Positions 32,201 to 42,342 of a DNA stretch of 64,000 nucleotides are shown in pieces. The DNA is from a virus (Duplodnaviria; Caudoviricetes). Each line of letters opens with the position of its first letter. The first letter of the stretch is position 1. Position numbers and translations under genes: made by a program. The DNA lies in IMG/VR virus record IMGVR_UViG_3300014205_000170, positions 288,001 to 352,000 of that record, one strand, 5' to 3'. The notes under the pieces were generated by a model. That model searched no databases. It was not told where the DNA came from and saw nothing but the letters and a program-made list of their open reading frames with translations.

Positions 32201-34116
32201 GAACCAAACGTAACAGCAATCGGTGAAACATTCCAACTATTCCAATTAATAGAACCTGCTGAAGTACCATTGTGTCTAAAAACAATATCGCCACCGTTAG
32301 GTGAATTAATATTTATAGATGAACCAACTAATGCTAATGAATAATTACTAGCATTAGGAGTTGCAGTATTGAACCAAATTCCAGGATTACCAGTTGAAAG
32401 TGGTAATGAACCAAAATCCATATAAGCTGTATCTTGACCTATCCTAACAATTCTTTGATTTGTTGATGTTGCATTACCAATATTTGTTAAACCACTTATA
32501 TAAAGTGTTGTTGCACTTACAGTATTTGCTGATAAATTAAAAGTGCCTAGGTTAACATTACTAACAGCTCCACTATAAGGAACATATCCTGTTGAACCTG
32601 TTAAATCACTTATATAAGCAAGTTGATTTCTAACAGAAGAATTATTTGTTATAAATAAATTTGTACCATTCCATTCTGTTGCACCAGATTCTGGTAAAGT
32701 TAAAAGAGAACCATTTGAAAATTTTAAAGGTGCAGTAGCTGTTGTACCAACACCTAAATGAAGTTTTGCTGTTGCTGATGTTCCACCACCTATAAATATT
32801 AAACCACCATTACTGATATTCATGTTAGCAGCACCATTATTTCTACTAAAAGTTATAGAACCTTCAGTATTCATATTTAACACTTGGTTATTTGAACTAT
32901 ATTGAAGCGTGTGATTTGTTGTAGATGGGGTTCCAACTCCTAGATATATAGCTGCTTGATTTGCTACAGCTATACTTTCTCTTATTGTTGTTTTAGTAAA
33001 TATATTTGATGTTGGATGAATTATTGTATTACCGCTAATTGTTGCAGTTGTTGCAGTTAATCCACCACCAATTAAAGTATTTCCTGTAACATGTAATTGT
33101 TCTATTGGTGTAAGAGTTCCTAAACCAAACTTACCGTCATCTAATAATCTTGCTCTTACAATATTATTAGATGTTGTTATCCATGCAAATCCTCCATTGG
33201 CAAAATTTACATTACTAACTGAATTTACGGGAAATGTTACGTTAGAACTAGAAAGTAAAGCGATTAATGCATTACCACCATTACTTCTAAATTCAACACC
33301 AGCTCCAGCTGCACTACCTGCTTGTGAATTATCTAATCTTAAAGCTGTTCTGGCATTTTGGTCTATACCAACAAAAATTGGGAAAGGACCAGTTGGTGTT
33401 GTAGCTAATCCAATAGATAAACCGGTTGTTGCACTTAATGTCGATGCTGTTAAATTACCACTTATATAAGCACTACCATTAATTTCAAATCTTTCTCTTG
33501 GAGTATTTGTATTTACACCAAGTCTTGTGATATTAGTTGTTCCAGCAGTATTGATTGTAAAGAAATTAGCAGCATTATTGGATTGAGTTCCAAATCCTAT
33601 ATTTCCATAACCAGCGCCACCTCCAAATGCTTGTGTGTGTAAAAACCATTCAGCATTTGTGTTATTATCATGAAATAAAATCCTTTGATTATAAATTGAC
33701 TTAATACTTAAATCTGGATTTGCAGTCAGAGTAATGTCATCATCAAGATTTAACATGCCTTTTATAGTCATTCCTGCACCACTATAAGTGGTGGCACTTA
33801 ATGTAGAGGCTGTTAAGTTTTGTAAATTAGAATTCCCTGAAACTGTTAAGTTATCTAAACTTGCTCCTGTAATATTTACAGATGCATTCGAAGAAGTTCC
33901 GGCAGTAAATGTGTTGATACCATTACTAATAGATGCTCCACCTGAAGTTGTAGAACCCGTAACGATACTTGTTATAATATTATATAAATTTGTACCTCCT
34001 GAAAATATTGTTGTTGCTGAAAGATTCGCTGTAAACAAAGTATTTCCAGTAACAGTGCCACCACTGAGATTTAAAAATTCCCTTTTTATAGGATAAAAAT
34101 AATTACCATCTCCCAT
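29275..34116 (-). CDS. Long tail fibre / receptor-binding protein
   Basis: 1613 aa with repeated GxGTxxPxxxLHVxG fibre motifs and an internal duplication. Confidence 0.8.
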   Translation of the reverse strand: MGDGNYFYPIKREFLNLSGGTVTGNTLFTANLSATTIFSGGTNLYNIITSIVTGSTTSGGASISNGINTFTAGTSSNASVNITGASLDNLTVSGNSNLQNLTASTLSATTYSGAGMTIKGMLNLDDDITLTANPDLSIKSIYNQRILFHDNNTNAEWFLHTQAFGGGAGYGNIGFGTQSNNAANFFTINTAGTTNITRLGVNTNTPRERFEINGSAYISGNLTASTLSATTGLSIGLATTPTGPFPIFVGIDQNARTALRLDNSQAGSAAGAGVEFRSNGGNALIALLSSSNVTFPVNSVSNVNFANGGFAWITTSNNIVRARLLDDGKFGLGTLTPIEQLHVTGNTLIGGGLTATTATISGNTIIHPTSNIFTKTTIRESIAVANQAAIYLGVGTPSTTNHTLQYSSNNQVLNMNTEGSITFSRNNGAANMNISNGGLIFIGGGTSATAKLHLGVGTTATAPLKFSNGSLLTLPESGATEWNGTNLFITNNSSVRNQLAYISDLTGSTGYVPYSGAVSNVNLGTFNLSANTVSATTLYISGLTNIGNATSTNQRIVRIGQDTAYMDFGSLPLSTGNPGIWFNTATPNASNYSLALVGSSININSPNGGDIVFRHNGTSAGSINWNSWNVSPIAVTFGSYTSYNFTKPNNTNQTSGTSVNGLLHTLGSRQWVGGNITDNQNEVYYTQPLYTFTTPSTATSVSTIAIAGAPSASTNTYLSSTSALLIERGYVGTAVTNSYGIFAHAQSGATNNFAGAFSGNVQVLAGSIANQGIVIRDWTAGNTLGAIYMGVVPSSTNYTLLGDVSNINTYLNAASAVHFRIANVTAAQFTSTSLTFAEGTNLSFGTSTGTRIGLSTTAKFAFWNNIPIIQPTSGTSLNRVLSDTGLIGTGATAAYFDLPISSTTISADTIFASTGLGIGATPNATTIPINISRAQNGETKIYVQNTNAGAGAAASLQFLNNSNDAKILQASTGNSNYTPNALNFYQSTTGGFDFYTRAVSTLRIKDSGDTVFRSMSTTGFTVQSLTSTTNVFVVDTLNSRVGVNVSATAGYAFGVNGGVHVAGSGIVVNSDLAAQSASRNFVFIPNTTEGIIVNRRATVTPCLTLGADANSNATLNVTNADYIFSISTIEKMRLSTNNVFSINVPTSASAFTATSISNGLQSMTGFQTNLTGMTKVSGLTVAGPIIDFDGTSTNAYLRNTVGNLRIVAASGADTIFDIGASAAVFRVRAGDLQFSAGYNITISTGSTGTRIGTANSQFLSFWNATPIIQPTSGTSINKVLSETGLIATGLTSYFSHPLGVGTSAPNGQLHVSGTTSGSLFRITNSAGNTGFLMDNGDLKSQFYGNGGLDYPGVTSTASNQMGIGFSSNAVGLIGASVAHLILSGGNIGIGLGSFAAPLAKLDVSGNTLFRSNSTSGLSVFNSTGTTAVFRVDTVGGNVYVNNLTAATVSATTYYNDTEQIFGNVIKATAPINTGNTWTRNTDYEQFIYDGVRTKWLSSSEQRLTGARNSSATTQFLSYEDGMFYSTTPFRVPYDATITKLVMAGSVSETWQAFITTGTTLATDFVAILGMSSNVYSAKTDYNININSGQTLYIGMSGSSIAYPRVDVYFKQRG

Positions 34117-34475
34117 TATACGTCATTTACATCTTTTAAAATATTCACTTCAATAACCCCTAAAGTTGGTACTGTTAATTTTTTCCCATCACTAAAAAAT
34201 AATTCAAATTCTGCTCGATATTTTCCAGCAGTATCAGTATCTCCTGTTACCCAATCATATTGAATACATCCTCCTGAATAACTTGTTATAAAAGCAGACA
34301 TTGAAGAAATTTTTAAATTTCCACAATCATCTGCCATAGAAAAAGTACAAGCAGTTACAGCACTTAAATTAAAGGCAATAACAGAATCTAAACACCCTCT
34401 TGTTTTCACATTAATTTCTAATGCTGGTAGGGTGTCATTTTGTTTTAGTTGAAATGTTTTTATATTCTGTTGCAT
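34116..34475 (-). CDS. BppU-like baseplate protein
   Basis: LKQNDTLPAL, YDWVTGDTDTAGKYRAEFE, LTVP. Confidence 0.75.
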   Translation of the reverse strand: MQQNIKTFQLKQNDTLPALEINVKTRGCLDSVIAFNLSAVTACTFSMADDCGNLKISSMSAFITSYSGGCIQYDWVTGDTDTAGKYRAEFELFFSDGKKLTVPTLGVIEVNILKDVNDV

Positions 34476-34485
34476 TTTATATATT

Positions 34486-34878
34486 TTATAATATTTCTAT
34501 TTCAATTCCATAGGCTGGATAGGCTACTTCCACATCAAACATTTGTGACATTGCTTCAACTTCCACTGAACCGCTTATGTTTGTTAAATTCAATCTAAAT
34601 CTCGTTGTCAAAGTTTTAACCGGTGACATTGAATTATATATAACATACCATTTTAATTCATAAGTAGAATCTACTGCATATCTAGTCGGTGTAATATTTA
34701 CATAATACTTTCCAACAGCTTCATTATAAATTGTACAAGTTTCTATAACAGTACTTGAACTTGCGATATAAGTAATAGCAGAGAGACTTAATGGATTGAA
34801 TAAAGTATAAGTGTCTGCACTATTCAACAACACATGGTCAATACGATAAAAATCCTTAGATATAGTCAAATTTGCCAT
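34486..34878 (-). CDS. Putative virion protein
   Basis: Structural operon; TATTTAT upstream. Confidence 0.5.
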   Translation of the reverse strand: MANLTISKDFYRIDHVLLNSADTYTLFNPLSLSAITYIASSSTVIETCTIYNEAVGKYYVNITPTRYAVDSTYELKWYVIYNSMSPVKTLTTRFRLNLTNISGSVEVEAMSQMFDVEVAYPAYGIEIEIL

Positions 34879-34920
34879 GAGAAATTATACAAAATATTAC
34901 TTTGAGATAAATAGATTTCA

Positions 34921-34951
34921 AAAAAAGAGACCGGTGTTTTTTACCGGTCTC
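34921..34951 (-). terminator. Intrinsic terminator after tail tube
   Basis: gagaccggt/accggtctc stem, T-run on minus strand. Confidence 0.8.
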
Positions 34952-34976
34952 ATTACAATTTAATATGTATCTTAAA

Positions 34977-35465
34977 TTACGCTAAAAGACATCTGTCTGG
35001 TTGAACAGTAATTTTACATTTAATTACATCATCTGAACCGTAATCGAAGGAATCAAAATCAGCAGAAGTGATTTGACAACCAACCATTGTCCATTTTTCA
35101 ACATCAACACCAACTGGGTCAAGTGCTTTAAGAACAAGGTTTTTCTTGTATCCTACGGCATATCCCATTTTTCCGGTAGCTGATTCAGCATGTAAGCGAA
35201 CCCACTCCATTACCTTTTGTGTTGTAGAAGGACCAATTACATCAATAAATTCAATATCAATAGTTTCCCACTTATAACGACCAGCAACGAATGTTGAGGT
35301 ATTCATAAAAGGAATTTCTGTACTATTAATAGTGATTTTTGGTTTCCCGGATGTTTGAACTAGATAAGATTCAAAACCAAGCTCGGTTGGAAATTCTAGA
35401 TAAAATCTATTTTTACGTTTTGGTTCTTGTTCAACAGGAACCGGTCTAAACATTACTACGCCCAT
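34977..35465 (-). CDS. Tail tube protein (T4 gp19-like)
   Basis: EPKRKNRF, VAGRYKWETI, VMEWVRLHAESATG. Confidence 0.9.
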   Translation of the reverse strand: MGVVMFRPVPVEQEPKRKNRFYLEFPTELGFESYLVQTSGKPKITINSTEIPFMNTSTFVAGRYKWETIDIEFIDVIGPSTTQKVMEWVRLHAESATGKMGYAVGYKKNLVLKALDPVGVDVEKWTMVGCQITSADFDSFDYGSDDVIKCKITVQPDRCLLA

Positions 35466-35531
35466 GTGTTATTAAGTTTTTATATAAATACGGAAGAAAA
35501 AAAAACTTAATAATCTATTAAAAAATATTTT

Positions 35532-35885
35532 TTATATAAATGGGTTTCCTGCTTTTTTTAAATTATCAATAGTATTTTCTATGCTATTACATAGGGGTAA
35601 AAAATCTAAAACGTCTTTTGGAGCCAAATTAAACCATTCACCTTTTAAATATTCAAAATCATAATTAAAATTATCAGTGACTTTTTTTGAATTTAATTTG
35701 TTATGCAATGATTTTTCTGTTTTAAAGGGGTATTTGCTGTTAAAAATAGAGATTATATTGAGTTGTTGAGGAGTTCCAGTTTGTAATTGTTTTACACGTT
35801 TTCCTGGATTTACAGAAATGCCAATTTTATAAAAACTTGTATTGTGGATGTTTATCAAATATAATTTATATTCTCGTTTTGACAC
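35532..35885 (-). CDS. GIY-YIG/T5orf172-family nuclease
   Basis: YKIGIS, RVKQLQTG, EKSLH, GEWF. Confidence 0.8.
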   Translation of the reverse strand: MSKREYKLYLINIHNTSFYKIGISVNPGKRVKQLQTGTPQQLNIISIFNSKYPFKTEKSLHNKLNSKKVTDNFNYDFEYLKGEWFNLAPKDVLDFLPLCNSIENTIDNLKKAGNPFI

Positions 35886-35921
35886 CCTATAAAATAAAAA
35901 GATTTAATTTTAAATTACAAC

Positions 35922-35954
35922 AAAAAAGGGATATATTTTTAGTATATCCCTTTT
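35922..35954 (-). terminator. Intrinsic terminator after tail sheath
   Basis: aaaagggatata/tatatcccttt. Confidence 0.75.
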
Positions 35955-35973
35955 AATTTTTATGATTCTTAGT

Positions 35974-38295
35974 TTAGAAATCTTCGAAATTTGCTCCTTG
36001 TGGTAAAACTTGGAACGTTAAATCGATAAATTCTAAAGTTGGAGTAGGTTTCAATTGAATTTTTCCAGTTAAAGTATTTGGGTCAGCAGCAGGGCTACTA
36101 TCTAAAACCACTTTAAACGCATCTAAACCTCTTTGATTTTGAATTTGTAATAAGATAGGTTCAACTTTTTGTAAGAATTGGTCTCTAACAGTTGCATCAT
36201 TTTGTTCAAACAATAACGTTTGAGATGCAGCAGCGATTAACCTTCTAACTTGAAGTAAAAGCCTTCTAACATTTACTCTATCAAGAGCAGATTGTTTAAT
36301 TTGTAAAGTTTTTTGACCATAAATAACAACACCTTGTTGAACAAAAGTTGCTACCGGATTAATTCTATCTTGATATAATGTATCTCTATCATCTTGAGTT
36401 AATTTCACATCAGCTTTTTGAACCATAGAAGATACTAGACCTCTATTAAATCCAGCCGGTGCAAACCAAGGATAAGCAACATTATCAGTTAAAGCAATCG
36501 CTCTTACAATTTCCATTGTTGGAGACACATATACAAACTTATTAAAGTTTGAATCGTTGATTTGAACCCATGGCCAATATGTAGCAGCATAGTTAGAATC
36601 AATTCCAGTATCTTGAAGGTCAGATACAGCCTCAGAAGCAGTTCCTTTTACAAGACCTTCTGTGATTCTTGGAGAGTCAACAATATAAATTGAATCAGCT
36701 CTGTTTTCAACAGTAGTAAGTGCATATTTTACAACAGCTTCATGATTTTTATAATCAATTCCAGGAACAGCAAATAAATTTATATCTACTTTTTCAGGAT
36801 TTGACATTTCATCAATTGCATCTTCCATTGCAATTACGTTATTCGCATCAATTGCAGCAGAAGTAAAATCAGGGTATCTAAATTTATTCCAACCATCAAA
36901 ACCACCTGCTGGAACCAAAGTAAATTTACGTTCTGATTTTGTATAAGCGCTTACAGCGATTTCATTACCAAGAACATAACTTGCAGAAGGCGCAGTGCTT
37001 TCCATGTGGAATCCTTTAACAGTAGTTGTACCAGTTGGAGTAGCTCCAAGATATTGCCACAAATCAGTTTCTAAAGTTTTAATTGAATTGCTTACAGAAA
37101 CTTGACTTGAAGTAAAGCCGGTATAACCCAATTCAGAAACACCAAGATAAGTTTTAAATACAGAATCTCCAGAGAAATACACAGTTTTGTAATAAACTTG
37201 TGGACTTGTAGAACCGCTTATTGCAGAACTTCTAAAAGTATATCCTTTAAATCCGGCAGGAACTGTATCAGTTGGATGATTTTCTGCTAAATCCAAAGTC
37301 ACATAATTTGACCTTCTTGGATATTCTTCATCTGTTGTACCAATTGCTTTTGCAATATAATTTGGTTGTGTAGAATCTAATGTAAGACTTCTAAATCTTT
37401 CTAATGTAACAATTGCAGCATCAGTATCATTGTAATCTCTAATGATAACATCAAATGTTTTTGTAATATCATCAATGTTCGCAATAGAAATTTTAATTTC
37501 TGAGTTTGCACTATCTCCATCAGAGATAGAAGTAAATTTAAATAATTCTCTAACAATACCACCTGCAACTTTAGATACAATATAAGGTGTTACTGGAGTT
37601 TGATACCCATCTAAATAATCAGTATAAATAGCATCAGTAGAATAAGTAATTGCAGTATTGATAGTTAATATGTTACCTCTTTGAGCAGCTTCTCTTGTGA
37701 AGTGTGGATAAATAGTTTCAACATATAAACCAAGGTCATTTGTAAATTTCTTAGGATTTTTTCCTAAAACTTTTACGATATAATCATCTCTTGTTTCATC
37801 TAAAGAAACAGTGATAGCACTTAAAGTTTGAGCAGTTAAAGGTCCAGTAGTAGCACTTAAAGTGAAAGGAAGTAATATTCCTGTGATGTTTGCAATTTTT
37901 ACAGCACTCTCAGCAGTTGCTAAGAAAGAAACTCCTTCGTTAGCAGATTTACTTCTAATAACACATAAAGGTGAACCACTAAATGTTCCACCACTAGCTT
38001 GAATAATCCAAGCAGCAGAGTTAGTAAAACCTTCATTACCAAGAACTCTTGTAATAGTAAGTTCTTGTGATTGTTTTAAAAATGAATTTGCAACATACGG
38101 CAATTGAATTCTAGTGTCGGTTGTACCGAATCTAGCCAAATATTCGTCTGTACTTGAAATTTTGATAGGTTCAAAAGCTGGTCCTTTTGTTGTTTCACCA
38201 ACAAGACCCAATCTTGTGATACCTATTTGAGATGCAAAAACTGAGAAATCTTGTTCTCTTGTGTAAACACCGGGTGATACGAAAACTGTTGCCAT
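35974..38295 (-). CDS. Tail sheath protein (T4 gp18-like)
   Basis: FVSPGVYTREQD, PWFAPAGFNRG, RINPV, GQKTLQ, DRVNVRRLL. Confidence 0.95.
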   Translation of the reverse strand: MATVFVSPGVYTREQDFSVFASQIGITRLGLVGETTKGPAFEPIKISSTDEYLARFGTTDTRIQLPYVANSFLKQSQELTITRVLGNEGFTNSAAWIIQASGGTFSGSPLCVIRSKSANEGVSFLATAESAVKIANITGILLPFTLSATTGPLTAQTLSAITVSLDETRDDYIVKVLGKNPKKFTNDLGLYVETIYPHFTREAAQRGNILTINTAITYSTDAIYTDYLDGYQTPVTPYIVSKVAGGIVRELFKFTSISDGDSANSEIKISIANIDDITKTFDVIIRDYNDTDAAIVTLERFRSLTLDSTQPNYIAKAIGTTDEEYPRRSNYVTLDLAENHPTDTVPAGFKGYTFRSSAISGSTSPQVYYKTVYFSGDSVFKTYLGVSELGYTGFTSSQVSVSNSIKTLETDLWQYLGATPTGTTTVKGFHMESTAPSASYVLGNEIAVSAYTKSERKFTLVPAGGFDGWNKFRYPDFTSAAIDANNVIAMEDAIDEMSNPEKVDINLFAVPGIDYKNHEAVVKYALTTVENRADSIYIVDSPRITEGLVKGTASEAVSDLQDTGIDSNYAATYWPWVQINDSNFNKFVYVSPTMEIVRAIALTDNVAYPWFAPAGFNRGLVSSMVQKADVKLTQDDRDTLYQDRINPVATFVQQGVVIYGQKTLQIKQSALDRVNVRRLLLQVRRLIAAASQTLLFEQNDATVRDQFLQKVEPILLQIQNQRGLDAFKVVLDSSPAADPNTLTGKIQLKPTPTLEFIDLTFQVLPQGANFEDF

Positions 38296-38346
38296 TTATA
38301 TATGTTGTTTTTTATTTCCAATAAATAGTGAAGAAATTCTCAAAAC

Positions 38347-39057
38347 TTAGAGTTCCTTTATGTCTATTTTTATTTTAGTAATTGTTGGTACTCTTTCAAA
38401 ATTTGTAGGGTCAACTAACTTGCCATAAACAGAAAGTGGAAAAACAATTTGAAATCTTCTATCAGAAGAAATATCATCCATTGTATTTTCTTCACTTGGG
38501 TCTGATAACATCAATGGAATATGATAACCATTGATGTTCATATAACCTTGACCATCTGAAAAACCATCCATAATTATTCTTTCGTAAGAAATATTTGCAT
38601 CTTGCAAATAATGAGTTAAGAATCTTAATTCAAATTGAACATCTACTCTTGGAGGTTGAGGTATTTTATATAAATCATACCCCTTTAAGGTTCCATCAAA
38701 AAGAGGAACCTTAACAAAAGTAAAATTCTTCTTTTTTGGTATAGTTCTTTTTAAAGGATTTTGTCCTGGTTTTACTGTTGTTCTTTTAATAGCCATAAAA
38801 GGCATATTAAGCTCTTCACCACTTTCATCTTTTAAAAATTTCCAATTTAACTTGAATTCTGCCCATCTTTCTTGATTTAAGAATATGAGTGGTACTTTCA
38901 CAAGAACACCATCCGCATTAATCACTGAAATATTTAAAGAATTAATATAATCTACAACTCCTTGGTCAATATCCTCTAAAAGTAGTTTTTTAGGAAGGTA
39001 ATCGTTGTTTTCAAAGCTTTGATTAAGAAGATTATTTATGTTTTTTTGAATTGACAT
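38347..39057 (-). CDS. Tail completion/terminator protein (gp15-like)
   Basis: KVPLIFLNQERW, MPFMAIKR; position between neck and sheath genes. Confidence 0.6.
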   Translation of the reverse strand: MSIQKNINNLLNQSFENNDYLPKKLLLEDIDQGVVDYINSLNISVINADGVLVKVPLIFLNQERWAEFKLNWKFLKDESGEELNMPFMAIKRTTVKPGQNPLKRTIPKKKNFTFVKVPLFDGTLKGYDLYKIPQPPRVDVQFELRFLTHYLQDANISYERIIMDGFSDGQGYMNINGYHIPLMLSDPSEENTMDDISSDRRFQIVFPLSVYGKLVDPTNFERVPTITKIKIDIKEL

Positions 39058-39133
39058 ACCCAATAACAATTTTTAATAAATAGTTTATTTTAAACAAAAC
39101 TTGCTTTTTTTAAAGCTCCCAATTATGTTTACT

Positions 39134-39435
39134 GGTCATAGAACAGAAGTAATTGGACGGGATATATAAAAGACACGCCAATTTTTGGCCTTTGCAGCGA
39201 TTACTTCTTAATGTGTTACTGGGGGTTTCTACTCAACACAGCGCCGGCACTAAGCGGAGAGGCGTACATAGAACGGAGGGCTATACCTTTGAAAGTTGAC
39301 CGCAACCTAAAGCACTATAGTGTTTGACTTTAGGCATACGATAGATACTTGGCTCCGAGAAAAAGGAATAGTAATCAATCAATGGTGGGTGATAATAAAG
39401 GTTTTACAAAATCTTTATTAGGACTCACTATGCAA
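39134..39435 (+). ncRNA. Candidate structured non-coding RNA (about 300 nt)
   Basis: ORF-free, GC-elevated intergenic region with several stems containing G-U pairs on the + strand. Confidence 0.55.
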
Positions 39436-39521
39436 ACTCCTGAAAACTTTCTCCTTAGAAATTCCAATAGATAAATTTAGAAATAAAGTATTATTACGAA
39501 TAAAGATTTTAGATAAGAATA

Positions 39522-40061
39522 TTATCTAGCATTAAATACATCATCCTTAACTCTAATTCCAACAATTTTTATAGAGAAAGCTATATCTCCTGCATAAGAT
39601 TGTTGATTTGCAATATTAGAAGAACCATCATCAATAACTTCATAATAATGACCTTTAAAATAAGTATAATCACCTATTCTGATATTTACGTTTAATTCAG
39701 CTAAATGTGTTCTGTATACACTTGCTGTAATTTTTCCATATCCTTTTTTGATAATTCCACCAGGAACCATGTATTCCGGAGAATCAGATTCTACATTTAT
39801 TCTTCCAAATACTTCTACTGGAGTTAAGTAAACTTTTTTCTTTGATTCACCGTAAAGTTTATGAGTATTAGTTTTTTGATAATCAACTCTATATAAAATG
39901 AAACTTTCCTTTAAAATATCATTGGTTATTTCTCTTCCTACAGTATCAAAAAAAGCTCTTTCTTTTTCTCCAAAGAACAAATCAATACCTTTTTTAGAGA
40001 TATCTTGAGATTTTGCTTCTTCAGGCTTTTCTTCGCCTTCATTATAAGGAGGATTTGCCAT
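39522..40061 (-). CDS. Neck/head-closure protein (gp14-like)
   Basis: HKLYGESKKK, IRIGDYTYF...YYEV; follows the gp13-like gene. Confidence 0.65.
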   Translation of the reverse strand: MANPPYNEGEEKPEEAKSQDISKKGIDLFFGEKERAFFDTVGREITNDILKESFILYRVDYQKTNTHKLYGESKKKVYLTPVEVFGRINVESDSPEYMVPGGIIKKGYGKITASVYRTHLAELNVNIRIGDYTYFKGHYYEVIDDGSSNIANQQSYAGDIAFSIKIVGIRVKDDVFNAR

Positions 40062-40067
40062 AATTTA

Positions 40068-41249
40068 TTATCCTTTCCAAATACTTAAAGGACTATATAT
40101 AAATGTTTTATTAATACTTTCTTGAATAGCAGCATTATTTTCAAGAATTGCTTTATAATTTAATCTTTCTAATGTAGCCTTTAATTCTTCGCGTAACGCA
40201 TCCATATCAGCTCTACCGTTAGTTATTAAAGCATCAGCATTTAATGTAACAGTAGCGTCAGGAATAGGTAATTCACCACTAAATTTACCTCTAATACCTA
40301 ATCCTAATAATTCTTTAGCATTTGCTTGAGAAAATCTTTTCACCCATCTTTTTGCAGGGTCATTAAGTTCACTATAAGTTAAGTTATATAATTTCGCATC
40401 TGATGGTCCGGAAACTAAACCATTACCTTGACTTATATTTCCAAAAACATCAGTTGTTCCAGTAAATCCTGGATTTGCTGTATAACCAGACAAATCAGCA
40501 TTACCACCAACTCCTATTGTGTCATAATAATTATAAAACACAGTTCCTGGTGTATAAAACCCAGGACTTACCAAAGAAGAATTTGCTGAATTAGTTGGAA
40601 TAGGATATAAAGTTAATTTTTTTGTACCATTTGGTCCACCAACAATTCTATATGAATATTCAGAACCTCTTACTTTATTTCTAACTGTTGCTGCTTGAGA
40701 AGTTAGTAATGTATCATAAATTGGCATTACAGATGCTAAAGGAGCACCTGCGAAACTGGCTCCAAATTCAGTAAAGGCAATATTTGCGTTTGAAAATGGG
40801 TCTAACCCATATAAATTTATAAAACTTGGTGTGTGCCATAAAACTTCGATTATTTCTCGATTTGCTTCGATATAATAATTTTGAGTTCCGGCAGTTAAAA
40901 TTATAGCAGCTGTTTTTAATTCTCTTAAAGACATAGAAGAAGTTCCTTCTATATCGGAATATGCTCTTGCAAAAGTTCTTTCAAAACCAAAATTATTTGA
41001 AACAAATTTTAAAGTAAAATCAATATTTTTTGGCAAACCAAGCATTTGAGACATTCTATTTTCAAGTGCCCAATCATTGATATATGTTGAATATTCTTCA
41101 ATAGCTTCGCATACACATTCTTGTAATTGTTCATCACGTAATTCAACACCCATAACAGGTTCACCAAGCTTTCTTCGTATTCTACGATAAAGCCTTGCAA
41201 TGTCGGAAGTTGTCATTCCGGTTAAACAATTATCTGCGCAAATTTCCAT
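40068..41249 (-). CDS. Neck protein (T4 gp13-like)
   Basis: IRRKLGEPVMGVEL, AKELLGLGIRGKFSG, VTLNADAL. Confidence 0.8.
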   Translation of the reverse strand: MEICADNCLTGMTTSDIARLYRRIRRKLGEPVMGVELRDEQLQECVCEAIEEYSTYINDWALENRMSQMLGLPKNIDFTLKFVSNNFGFERTFARAYSDIEGTSSMSLRELKTAAIILTAGTQNYYIEANREIIEVLWHTPSFINLYGLDPFSNANIAFTEFGASFAGAPLASVMPIYDTLLTSQAATVRNKVRGSEYSYRIVGGPNGTKKLTLYPIPTNSANSSLVSPGFYTPGTVFYNYYDTIGVGGNADLSGYTANPGFTGTTDVFGNISQGNGLVSGPSDAKLYNLTYSELNDPAKRWVKRFSQANAKELLGLGIRGKFSGELPIPDATVTLNADALITNGRADMDALREELKATLERLNYKAILENNAAIQESINKTFIYSPLSIWKG

Positions 41250-41263
41250 TTATAATCAATTAA

Positions 41264-41545
41264 TTAGAATTGAGTTGTAGTATAAGAAATACCTTGATTT
41301 TTTGCTCTGAAACCTATAAAAGTCCCAGAATTGACAGTAAGAGTAGCTGGAACAACATCAATATATGAATTGGTTGTACCAGACCAAATAAAATTACCAC
41401 CACCCATTGGGTTTATAGTTATAGTTCCAGTACTTAAACAATAAATTTGATGTACTGTATTTGCTGTAATACCATTACCTAATTGGAATGTTGTCATTGT
41501 ACCACTTAAAGATATTGCTTCGAAATTTTTTGATTGAAGTCCCAT
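41264..41545 (-). CDS. Small virion protein
   Basis: Structural operon; TATTTA upstream. Confidence 0.5.
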   Translation of the reverse strand: MGLQSKNFEAISLSGTMTTFQLGNGITANTVHQIYCLSTGTITINPMGGGNFIWSGTTNSYIDVVPATLTVNSGTFIGFRAKNQGISYTTTQF

Positions 41546-41627
41546 GATTCTTTTTTATTGTAAATAGTCTTCAAAAAACATCTAAAAAGTGTTTTATATT
41601 GCAATTTTAATAATTACCTTTACTATA

Positions 41628-42342
41628 ATGCATTTTGAAGAAAAAAACTTAAACCAAAGGTTAATTAATCTAACAAAAGGGTTCACTCATGAAGATAAAT
41701 TTTCATATAGAAAGGACAGAAATTGGGAAAAGTTTGACAAACTTACATCAATAGAAAAATTAAAAAGCATAATTAAAGAAATTCAAGAATATAAGAATGG
41801 TTATATTGAAGAAGAATATTATTAATTGTAACGCTTATTTATATATAAAAGAATGAAATCAACTACACAAATAAATACGGAAATGGGAATAGAAACAGCA
41901 AAAACTCATTTTGAAAAGAATCTTTTACCTATGTTGGAAGAAGGCTATAATCAAGGAATAATTGAATTTAAATTAAGAATGTTTAATTCTACTAGTTTTT
42001 ATATTCACCCTTACGGTAAAGATGGAAAAACTATAAATATTGATTGGTCTCCATCTAAAGAACCAATTATTGATATTAATGTGGATGAAAGTGAAAAATA
42101 AAAATGTATTATTCTATTTATAAAATACTATGAAAAATGAAGGAATATCACAAGATGTAAAAGATTTTGTAAAAAAAGCAATGTCAGAAATTCGTTTAGA
42201 TGTTGATATTGAGTATTGTAAAAAACACAATATCAAATTTAAAGACACAGTAGATAAAGAAACAGAAGATGAATTGTGGGACAGATTAGCAGATTCTAAA
42301 AGAACAAAAGCAGCTTTTGATATAGTTACAAAAAATTGCTAA
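41628..42342 (+). CDS. Three small hypothetical proteins (41628-41825, 41853-42101, 42130-42342)
   Basis: Consecutive short ORFs. Confidence 0.45.
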
